From positions 105,037-169,036 of the forward strand of contig JBJYXV010000063.1 in NCBI GenBank assembly GCA_046260155.1: a DNA stretch of 64,000 nt, written 5' to 3'. Below, piece by piece: positions 39,799 through 47,889 of the stretch. A program made the translations under genes and the position numbers. How positions within the stretch are numbered: position 1 is the first letter of the stretch; each line of letters opens with the position of its first letter. This stretch comes from Anaerolineales bacterium (GTDB lineage Bacteria; Chloroflexota; Anaerolineae; Anaerolineales; UBA4823). The notes below the pieces were generated by a model. It made no database searches. It saw only the letters and a list, made by a program, of their open reading frames with translations, and was not told where the DNA came from.

Positions 39799-41151
39799 AT
39801 GATCATTAAAAATGGAAAAATAATTACATGGGATGATCCATCTCAAATTTTGGAAAAACAAGCAATTCGAATTGCAGATGGTCTTATTGCAGAGATTGGT
39901 CCCCAGGATCAAGTAATCGCCGAGAACCCTGATCTGGTTCAGCTGGATGCGTCAGGTCAATACGTGATGCCCGGGAATATTTGCGCCCATACTCATTTTT
40001 ATGGTGCTTATGCCCGTGGATTGGCGATACCTGGACCTGCACCAAAAGATTTTCCGGAAATTCTGCAGAAGTTATGGTGGCCGCTGGATAAATCCCTGAA
40101 TATGGGTGATGTACGTGCATCTGCTGAAGTGATGTTGGTGGATGCGATTAAGAACGGTACTACAACGCTGTTCGATCACCACGCTTCGCCCAATGCAATC
40201 GATGGTTCGCTGGATGAAATTGCAGATGCGGTCGAAACAGCAGGGGTAAGGGCAGTTCTTTGTTATGAAGTCACAGATAGGGATGGGAAAGAAAAAGCAC
40301 AGGCTGGTATTCGGGAAAATTTACGCTTTCAGAATCGATTAAATTCCGGTGATTTTTCAAGATCGAGAATAGCTGCCACATTTGGTTTGCATGCCAGCTT
40401 GACGTTATCCGAGGAGACCCTGGATGCTTGTCGAGCAGCTCAATCTGCAGGTGAGGGTTTTCACATCCACGTGGCTGAGCATGAATCTGATGAGTATGAT
40501 AGCTTGGGGAAATCGGGATTACGAGTGGTCGATCGTCTCGCAAAACACGAAATATTGGGATCGAAAACAATTGTTGCCCATGCCGTTCACATTGATATCA
40601 AGGAAGCTCGAAACCTGGCAGATACAGGCACTTGGGTGACCCATCAACCGCGTTCAAACATGAACAATGGCGTTGGGGTTGCACCTATTGAGGGATTGCT
40701 GCGCGCGGGGATAAAGGTCGGGATTGGAACAGATGGTTTCAGTCATACCATGTGGGATGAATGGAAGACAGCCTATCTGCTGCATAAAGTCTGGAATCGT
40801 GATCCACGACGTTTTACAGGGATGGATGCAATCCAGCTTGGAGTTTATAATAATGCAGCATTAGCAAATAAATTCTTTTCACAAGCAGCTCATGGTCGGA
40901 TAACACCAGGGGCGGTCGCCGATATTATCTTTGTAGATTATCATCCCCATACTCCTTTGACCCCGGGAAATCTTCCCTGGCAAATCATATTTGGATTTAA
41001 TGAAAGCATGGTTACCACGACAATCGTAGCAGGAGAGATCTTGATGAAGGATCGAAAACTGCTAACCCTTGATGAAGAAAAGATCACCTTCAATGCACGC
41101 CAAAGAGCTCCTGAAGTATGGGCTCGCTACAACACTTTTGTACCAATTTAA
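39799..41151 (+). CDS. ssnA: SsnA-family metal-dependent amidohydrolase
   Basis: CAHTHFY, LWW.LD, DHHASP, GLHAS.TL, HIHVAE, SNMNNGVG, GTDG. Confidence 0.88.
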   Translation: MIIKNGKIITWDDPSQILEKQAIRIADGLIAEIGPQDQVIAENPDLVQLDASGQYVMPGNICAHTHFYGAYARGLAIPGPAPKDFPEILQKLWWPLDKSLNMGDVRASAEVMLVDAIKNGTTTLFDHHASPNAIDGSLDEIADAVETAGVRAVLCYEVTDRDGKEKAQAGIRENLRFQNRLNSGDFSRSRIAATFGLHASLTLSEETLDACRAAQSAGEGFHIHVAEHESDEYDSLGKSGLRVVDRLAKHEILGSKTIVAHAVHIDIKEARNLADTGTWVTHQPRSNMNNGVGVAPIEGLLRAGIKVGIGTDGFSHTMWDEWKTAYLLHKVWNRDPRRFTGMDAIQLGVYNNAALANKFFSQAAHGRITPGAVADIIFVDYHPHTPLTPGNLPWQIIFGFNESMVTTTIVAGEILMKDRKLLTLDEEKITFNARQRAPEVWARYNTFVPI

Positions 41152-41159
41152 TCGGAGAT

Positions 41160-41831
41160 ATGATGACCGCAGACAAACCTTTACCTACTATTGCGATATT
41201 AGGCGGAACTGGCAACGAGGGTCCTGGATTAGCCTTGCGTTGGGCTAATCTCGGCTATCCAGTAGTGATTGGCTCTCGCCAGAAGGAGAAAGCTCAATCC
41301 ACAGCGGCGAAGTTAAACGAGCAGCTAGAGAGCAAAATAATAGAGGGTTTTGAGAACGGTGAAGCTGCTCGGAAAGCAGATATATGTATACTGACTGTGG
41401 TCCATACGGCACACCAACAAGCGATCGAGGGGTTGAAAGCAGATTTACAGGGAAAGATACTTGTGGATGCCACCGCACGGGTAGATTTTCGGAACCCGAA
41501 ACCCCCATCTCCTCCTTCCGCAGCGAGGATGGCGCAAGAGACATTAGGTCCGGAGGTGCGGGTGGTCGCAGCATTTCAAAATGTGCCCGCCGCAGCCCTT
41601 CACAAGAATCTTGATCGGCTGATTGAGGATGATGTACTGATCTGTGCGGATGATCCCAAAGATATCGAATTGGTCAGCGAATTAGTCCAAGCCCTGGGTA
41701 TGGGTGCCTACTATGCCGGGAACCTGGACAACGCGATCGTTGTCGAAGGATTGACATCGATATTGATCAGCATGAATAAGCATTATGGGAGTCGAACGGG
41801 TTCTATCCGGGTAAGTGGAATAAACAAATGA
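41160..41831 (+). CDS. npdG: NADPH-dependent F420 reductase
   Basis: IAILGGTG.EG.GLA.RWA, IGSR, AAFQNV.A, VEGLT..LI..N. Confidence 0.9.
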   Translation: MMTADKPLPTIAILGGTGNEGPGLALRWANLGYPVVIGSRQKEKAQSTAAKLNEQLESKIIEGFENGEAARKADICILTVVHTAHQQAIEGLKADLQGKILVDATARVDFRNPKPPSPPSAARMAQETLGPEVRVVAAFQNVPAAALHKNLDRLIEDDVLICADDPKDIELVSELVQALGMGAYYAGNLDNAIVVEGLTSILISMNKHYGSRTGSIRVSGINK

Positions 41832-41869
41832 TCACATTTAGGTTCCTATTCTCTTGAAAAATAGTCTGG

Positions 41870-42643
41870 TTGATTAACTTGCAGCTCAAACTAACACCTT
41901 TGGCTGGAATTCCGATCGTAAAACCAGGCGATGATTTGGCTGACCTGATCATTTCCACGTTGCAGCAAACCGGGATGCACCTTGAAGGGGGTGATATTTT
42001 GGTGATTGCGCAAAAAATCGTTTCCAAGTCAGAGGATCGTTTCGTCGATCTTGCCACTGTCTCTCCATCCGGGGCAGCATTGGAACTTGCTAAAGAAATC
42101 AACAAGGATGCGCGATTGTTAGAGTTGATCCTTCGAGAGAGTAAAGCGGTATTGCGCTTCCGTCCAGGCACGATCATCGTAGAACATAAATTGGGTTTCA
42201 TTTGTGCAAATGCGGGCATCGATCACTCGAATGTCAGTAAAGAGTTCAATTCAGATCAGTGGGTATTGCTGCTACCAGAAAATCCAGATCGTTCAGCGGC
42301 TTTGATCAGGGACAAACTTCAGGCATGGTGTTCCCAACAAATAGGGGTGATGATTATTGATTCTCACGGTCGTGCCTGGAGATTGGGCACGGTTGGGATA
42401 GCAATCGGATTTTCTGGTCTGCCCGGTCTGGTTGATTTGCGAGGTGATCCGGATTTATTTGGTCGTACCTTACAGGTCACCCAGGTCGGTGCCGCGGATG
42501 AATTAGCCGCGGCTGCATCACTTATAATGGGTCAAGCAGCCGAAGGTACTCCAATTGTCCATGTGCGTGGATTTCCTTATGCGCTGCGTGAAGGGTCCTT
42601 AGAAGAATTAATCCGACCCGAAGAAGATGATATGTTCCGGTAA
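41870..42643 (+). CDS. cofE: Coenzyme F420-0:L-glutamate ligase
   Basis: P.V.PGDDL, AQKIVSK.E.R, CANAGID.SN, LP.NPD, DSHGRAWR.G, ADELAAAA. Confidence 0.94.
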   Translation: MINLQLKLTPLAGIPIVKPGDDLADLIISTLQQTGMHLEGGDILVIAQKIVSKSEDRFVDLATVSPSGAALELAKEINKDARLLELILRESKAVLRFRPGTIIVEHKLGFICANAGIDHSNVSKEFNSDQWVLLLPENPDRSAALIRDKLQAWCSQQIGVMIIDSHGRAWRLGTVGIAIGFSGLPGLVDLRGDPDLFGRTLQVTQVGAADELAAAASLIMGQAAEGTPIVHVRGFPYALREGSLEELIRPEEDDMFR

Positions 42644-42722
42644 AAAACCAGGCTTGTACTAATGTGGTTAATACCGGATTGTTTATACCCAAATATCAAC
42701 CGGAAATAATTCGGGAATTCAA

Positions 42723-43070
42723 ATGGAAGCAGAATTCTGGGAAGCCTTGGAGAAATTCGTAGCATCCAAATCAATCGTCATTGATCGACCGAAAGGATCT
42801 ACACACCCGCGATTTCCGGGGGTGATATATCCATTGGATTACGGCTATTTAAAGGATACAAAATCCACAGACGGGGCTGAAATTGATCTTTGGTTAGGCT
42901 CAAGGAGGTTAAAAAATATTGACGGAATCTTGGTGACAATAGACCTCCAGAAAACTGATCTGGAAATCAAGCTGCTGATCGGTTGTTCGGAGGATGAAAT
43001 GTATGAAATTCTAAATTTGCAAAATTCCGGTCAAATGCGTTCAATCATTGTTAAAAGAGGAGATATATGA
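42723..43070 (+). CDS. Short family-I-like inorganic pyrophosphatase
   Basis: IDRPKGS.HP, YPLDYGY, DG..ID. Confidence 0.75.
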   Translation: MEAEFWEALEKFVASKSIVIDRPKGSTHPRFPGVIYPLDYGYLKDTKSTDGAEIDLWLGSRRLKNIDGILVTIDLQKTDLEIKLLIGCSEDEMYEILNLQNSGQMRSIIVKRGDI

Positions 43071-43471
43071 GTATAAAGGATATTCCGGAATCACATATTG
43101 ACTTGGTGAGAGACGATGTTTTGTCTTATGCTTATCTGGCAACGATTATGCCTGATGGGACGCCCCAGTTGAGTCCAGTTTGGTTCAATACAGATGGAGA
43201 ACACTTATTGATCAATTCTGCAAAAGGCAGGGTTAAAGATCGGAATATGCGCACTAGGCCTAATGTTGCTGTGGTAGTTCATCTGCAGGAACAACCTTAC
43301 CGGTATATTCAATTTCGCGGCAAAATCGTTGGGATAACAGAAGAGGGCGCCAGACAGCACATCAATAATTTATCAGGGAAATACACCGGCAATTACGAAT
43401 ATCAGCTCAACGATCCTGATGAAGTCCGGGTGATGTACAAGCTGCTTCCGGAACATATCCAGGTGATGTGA
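43067..43471 (+). CDS. PPOX-class (split beta-barrel) putative F420-dependent oxidoreductase
   Basis: LAT..PDG.PQ.SPVW, R.K.RN....P.V, L..KY; ATGA overlap with the upstream gene. Confidence 0.88.
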   Translation: MSIKDIPESHIDLVRDDVLSYAYLATIMPDGTPQLSPVWFNTDGEHLLINSAKGRVKDRNMRTRPNVAVVVHLQEQPYRYIQFRGKIVGITEEGARQHINNLSGKYTGNYEYQLNDPDEVRVMYKLLPEHIQVM

Positions 43472-43553
43472 CGAAATCGTTGTTGGAAGTTTATGGGAAT
43501 TAGCCATCAATGAAGACAATTGATCATCATAATTTCTTGGGAGGCAAGTGGTT

Positions 43554-44516
43554 ATGAAAGTGGTCGCATTGGCAGGTGGTGTGGGAGGAGCGAAACTCGT
43601 TGATGGCCTGGCGCAGGTCCTGCCAGAGGATTCTCTCACGGTGATCGTCAACACAGGAGATGATTTCGAACATTTGGGTTTGCGAATTTGTCCTGACCTT
43701 GACACCGTTTGCTACACGCTTGCTGGGATCGCAAATCCTGTAACAGGCTGGGGGCGTGCAGGAGAAACATGGCATGCATTGGAAGCAATCGATCAGCTGG
43801 GTGGACCAGCGTGGTTTCGGTTGGGAGATTATGACCTTGGGGTTCACCTGGAGCGTACCAGATTGTTATCCATTGGAAAAACTCTGAGTCAAATCTGCCA
43901 ACATTTTTGTTCAATCTGGGAAATTAAACCCCATGTCTTGCCGATGAGCGATTACCAGGTTGCAACCATTGTTCATTCGGATGAAGGGGATTTACCCTTC
44001 CAGGATTACTTTGTAAAGCGTAGATGCGAACCCCAGGTGTCCGGATTCAGTTTTGAGGGGGCAGGACAAGCAAATCCTGCTCCTGGTGTCCTGGAAGGAA
44101 TAAACAATGCTGATTTGATCGTGATCTGCCCTTCAAATCCTTGGGTAAGTATTGATCCGATCCTTGCGGTTCAAGGAATAAAAAGCGCCATTGTTAATCG
44201 TGATAATGGAACCCCGGTGATCGCTGTATCACCAATCATCCAGGGGAAAACCATCAAAGGCCCTGCAGCAAAAATGTTCTCAGAACTGGGAATAAATCCT
44301 TCGGCAAGTAACGTTGCAAAACATTATGGATCGCTACAGGAGAGAGGTTTCCTGTCTGGTTTTGTGATTGATGATTTAGATGTTAATGAGCGCGCATCCA
44401 TCGACAAATTGGGGTTGAGTTCAATTGTAACGAACACCATAATGAAAACTGAGGAGGATAGGAAAGAACTTGCAAATGTTATTCTCCGTTATGCTGGTTT
44501 GCATTTTGAGTTGTAA
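43554..44516 (+). CDS. cofD: 2-phospho-L-lactate/PEP transferase (FbiA)
   Basis: LAGGVGGAK, NTGDD, PDLDT..Y.L, WF.LGD.D, PSNP.VSI.PIL, KGPAAK. Confidence 0.95.
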   Translation: MKVVALAGGVGGAKLVDGLAQVLPEDSLTVIVNTGDDFEHLGLRICPDLDTVCYTLAGIANPVTGWGRAGETWHALEAIDQLGGPAWFRLGDYDLGVHLERTRLLSIGKTLSQICQHFCSIWEIKPHVLPMSDYQVATIVHSDEGDLPFQDYFVKRRCEPQVSGFSFEGAGQANPAPGVLEGINNADLIVICPSNPWVSIDPILAVQGIKSAIVNRDNGTPVIAVSPIIQGKTIKGPAAKMFSELGINPSASNVAKHYGSLQERGFLSGFVIDDLDVNERASIDKLGLSSIVTNTIMKTEEDRKELANVILRYAGLHFEL

Positions 44517-44647
44517 CTATCAGTAATTAAATTTTAATATCCCATGAAAATAACAAAAATAATTAGTTAAAAATTCTATATGGCTGTTATACTGCTTTTG
44601 GTATGTCCATCAATTCCAAGAAAACATTCAAAAGAAAGGAATAACAA

Positions 44648-45262
44648 ATGACCTTCTGGGCGATCGTTCCGGTTAAGCCCTTGCGCAGGGGAAAATCACG
44701 TCTTGCGCAGGTTTTATCTGAGGAAGAGCGTTTAGGTCTGAACAGCCAATTATTGATCCATACCGTGGATACCTTAAGAGAAATACCGGCGATCGAGCAG
44801 GTGCTGGTTGTGAGCCGGGATCAATCTGCTCTGGCACTCGCCCGTGCTCACGGAGCAAGAACCGTTCAAGAGAATGGGGCCCCTGAACTGAACGTTGCAT
44901 TGACCCGGGCAACGATAGTAGCTAAGCAGTATGCAACCAGGGGAGTACTGATAATTCCATCAGATTTACCGATGATCTCCAAAGAAGATATCAGTGCGAT
45001 GATTGGAATGGTCAAGGAACCTCCTGTCGTTGTGGTTGCACCGGATCGAAAGAGAGAAGGAACGAATGCCTTGCTGGTCTGTCCAGTGGGTCTGATAGAG
45101 TATGATTATGGTCCACATTCATTTGAACGGCATTGCTTGAGAGCCCAAGAAGTTGGAGCGCGATTAGAGATATGTGACCTCCCTTCCCTGGCGCTGGATA
45201 TGGATGTTCCGGAGGATCTGGAATTGGTTAGCGATGAATTGGGAAGCTGGTCTACCAGTTAA
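44648..45262 (+). CDS. cofC: 2-phospho-L-lactate/PEP guanylyltransferase (FbiD)
   Basis: AIVPVK....KSRL, LN.AL, DLP, PD....GTN.L, SF..H, D.D.PEDL. Confidence 0.94.
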   Translation: MTFWAIVPVKPLRRGKSRLAQVLSEEERLGLNSQLLIHTVDTLREIPAIEQVLVVSRDQSALALARAHGARTVQENGAPELNVALTRATIVAKQYATRGVLIIPSDLPMISKEDISAMIGMVKEPPVVVVAPDRKREGTNALLVCPVGLIEYDYGPHSFERHCLRAQEVGARLEICDLPSLALDMDVPEDLELVSDELGSWSTS

Positions 45263-45300
45263 AATATTGGAAATATATCTACGATAGTGCGGAGGTAAAG

Positions 45301-46296
45301 ATGGCGAATCGGGTGGCTTTATATTTACAAGATGCTCATGAGCTACGAGATGGATTGGAGTATGCCCGTTATGCTGAGGAGCAAGGATTCGAGGCAGTCT
45401 GGCAGGCTGAATCGCGGCTGGTGAGGGATGCAATTGTCCCGATGGCAGCTTATGCCGCAGTGACAGATCGAATCAAAGTTGGGTCTGGGGTGATTAACAA
45501 CTGGACGCGCAACATTGGATTGTTGGCTGCGACATATTTGACACTTGATGACTTGGCACCGAATCGCGTTATTTGCGGGATTGGAGCCTGGTGGGACCCG
45601 CTGGCAAGAAATGTGGGTATCGATCGCAAGAAACCACTCACCGCGATGCGAGAAACAGTTGAAATTTTGCGTCGCCTGTTGAAATTGGAACGCGTCACCT
45701 ATCATGGTGAATTCGTCCACGTCGATGGAATCGAGCTAGATGTGGTCCACGGCCGCAGAGAACCCAGGAATGTCCCGATCATGATCGGCGCAACTGGGGA
45801 TAAGATGATGGAGCTTACCGGTGAGATTGCAGATGGTGTGGTTCTTAATTATTGTGTGCCTCCCGCTTACAACGACCGTGCCCTGGAGCTGTTGGAAAAA
45901 GGTGCCAAAAGAGCAGGCCGGTCACTGGATGATTTGGATCGTCCCCAGTTAGTGGTTTGTTCGGTTGATCTCGATCGTGATAAAGCCATCGACAATACCC
46001 GAAAATTACTGACACAATATCTTGCACAACAACCGCACATCGCCAAGGCATCCGGGGTGTCATCGGATATCGTAAGTGAAATCCAGACCATTCTTGGTTG
46101 GCCGGCAACCAAGGAGCAGATAGATAAGGCGAAGCACCTGGTCCCAGATGAATTAATCGATCACATTACAGCCTCAGGGACTCCAGAAGAAGCTCGTTTA
46201 AAGGTCGATGAATATCGCAAACATGGTTGCACTTCACCAATCCTTTATTCGGTTGGAGGAGATGTCAAGCTGCTGATTGATACTTTTGCGGAATAA
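45301..46296 (+). CDS. LLM-class (Mer-like) putative F420-dependent oxidoreductase
   Basis: AE..GF..VW, T.RI.VGSGV.N, GIGAW, PI.IGATG..M.....ADG; directly follows cofC. Confidence 0.88.
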   Translation: MANRVALYLQDAHELRDGLEYARYAEEQGFEAVWQAESRLVRDAIVPMAAYAAVTDRIKVGSGVINNWTRNIGLLAATYLTLDDLAPNRVICGIGAWWDPLARNVGIDRKKPLTAMRETVEILRRLLKLERVTYHGEFVHVDGIELDVVHGRREPRNVPIMIGATGDKMMELTGEIADGVVLNYCVPPAYNDRALELLEKGAKRAGRSLDDLDRPQLVVCSVDLDRDKAIDNTRKLLTQYLAQQPHIAKASGVSSDIVSEIQTILGWPATKEQIDKAKHLVPDELIDHITASGTPEEARLKVDEYRKHGCTSPILYSVGGDVKLLIDTFAE

Positions 46297-46334
46297 GGTT
46301 AAGCACATTCCGTTGCTCAATTTTTAAACATGTG

Positions 46335-46417
46335 ATCGTGATCTCGTTAGGTGTATCAGCCATCCAGGGGTTGCCTTAGAAAAGAGGGTCAACCCCTGAT
46401 TAGTTCTTGATCACGAT
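46335..46417. repeat. Long nested inverted repeat downstream of the LLM gene
   Basis: ATCGTGATC/GATCACGAT outer stem and CAGGGGTTG/CAACCCCTG inner stem. Confidence 0.6.
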
Positions 46418-46584
46418 TTATGATTACCGGGAAGGGATCTGTAAATCACATCTGGGCTCACATATGTTTCTAGATCCCGCAAATGCTTTCAAGAAATCCT
46501 GTAACTGTTCAATTCAAAATATCGCTCAACTTGGTGTGGTTCTAATCCAATCTTTCATCTGCTGAGCATAGTATAATTTTGTTG

Positions 46585-47082
46585 ATGAGCACCGAAGAAA
46601 GACAATCGCAGCTGCAGCCCAACTCCAGGCATTGCTTTGTGTGTGGGTTAGAAAATCATTATGGTCTGAAGCTGCGTTTCATTGAGACTGGACCGGGCGA
46701 AGTAACAGCCTATTATACAGTTCCAGAACATTTCCAGGGCTATCCGGGTGTTGTTCATGGGGGTATCGTCACTGCAATGTTGGATGAAGTCACCGGACGG
46801 GCCCATATGAGCAGTGAACATACACGCTTCATGTTTACTGCAAAAATTGAGATTCGATTTCGAAAGAACGTCCCGATCGGTCAGCCGCTCAAAATTGTTG
46901 GTTGGGTCGAGAAATCGAAGAGCAGGATAGCGTCAAGTATCGGGAAAATATTCGGACCAGAGGGCGACGTACTGGCAGAGGCAAAAACTTTACTCGTCGA
47001 CCTCCCCGAGGATGAACTCCGCGATGTGGATTTAGAGGCACTTGGTTGGAAAGTCTATGAGAATGAAGATAGTAGCAATTAA
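46585..47082 (+). CDS. PaaI-type hotdog thioesterase
   Basis: CFVCG..N..GL, QGYPGVVHGG....LDE. Confidence 0.9.
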   Translation: MSTEERQSQLQPNSRHCFVCGLENHYGLKLRFIETGPGEVTAYYTVPEHFQGYPGVVHGGIVTAMLDEVTGRAHMSSEHTRFMFTAKIEIRFRKNVPIGQPLKIVGWVEKSKSRIASSIGKIFGPEGDVLAEAKTLLVDLPEDELRDVDLEALGWKVYENEDSSN

Positions 47083-47095
47083 TTAGGATTGATGA

Positions 47096-47857
47096 ATGAT
47101 CATTGAATATTATCGTCCCAAGGATGTTGACGAGACATTGGAACTCTTAGAAAATCAAGATATCGCGCCTATCTTGATGGGGGGAGGGACAGCTATCGAT
47201 CGATTCAAGACCGAACCCATGTCTGTTATCGATTTGCAGGATGTGGGTTTAGGTAAAATCCGTGGAAAGGGAAATTTTCTTGAGATCGGGGCCATGGTAT
47301 CCCTTCAATCCTTGTATGAAGAAACCAGGGTATTGGTTGAATTAAGGGAAGTGATCCTGAGGGAAGCGACGCACAACTTGAGGCAGGTAGCCACCGTTGC
47401 CGGCACCATGATTGTATCGAATGGGCGGTCACCTTTCATCTCCGCGCTGCTTGCTCTGGATGCATCGGTCACTTTGCTGCCTGATGAGCATACGGTACCT
47501 CTCAGCGACCTGCTCCTGATGCGTGGAAAAATAATGGGATCAAAACTGATCACAAAGATCACCATCCCCTTGAACGTCCAATTGGCTTATAAAGAGGTGA
47601 CCCGGTCACCAGCAGATTTACCAATTATCTGTGCGGCTATTGCTGTTTGGCCAGCTGGTCGCACCCGAGTAGTATTGGGTGGTTACGGAGAGTCTCCAGC
47701 GCTGGTATTTGATGGACCTGAAAGGGGAGGCGAGCAGGAAGCTGCAACGGATGCGTATAGCCACGCAGGTGATGAGTGGGCTTCTGCTGAATACAGGCGC
47801 GAGGTTGCACCAATATTGATCAGGCGCTGTTTCTCCCATTTGGAAGAGGAAAATTAA
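47096..47857 (+). CDS. FAD-binding subunit of a Mo hydroxylase (YgfM-like)
   Basis: MIIEYYRP, GGGT, IGA, R..AT.AG, AS.EYR; precedes xdhD-like gene. Confidence 0.82.
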   Translation: MIIEYYRPKDVDETLELLENQDIAPILMGGGTAIDRFKTEPMSVIDLQDVGLGKIRGKGNFLEIGAMVSLQSLYEETRVLVELREVILREATHNLRQVATVAGTMIVSNGRSPFISALLALDASVTLLPDEHTVPLSDLLLMRGKIMGSKLITKITIPLNVQLAYKEVTRSPADLPIICAAIAVWPAGRTRVVLGGYGESPALVFDGPERGGEQEAATDAYSHAGDEWASAEYRREVAPILIRRCFSHLEEEN

Positions 47858-47889
47858 TAACGAGATCAGGATTTCACCGGTGATTTGCG

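Noticed and set aside
45301-46296. Calling the LLM gene mer (methanopterin C1 pathway)
   Set aside because: Only fold-level similarity; no methanopterin pathway genes nearby.
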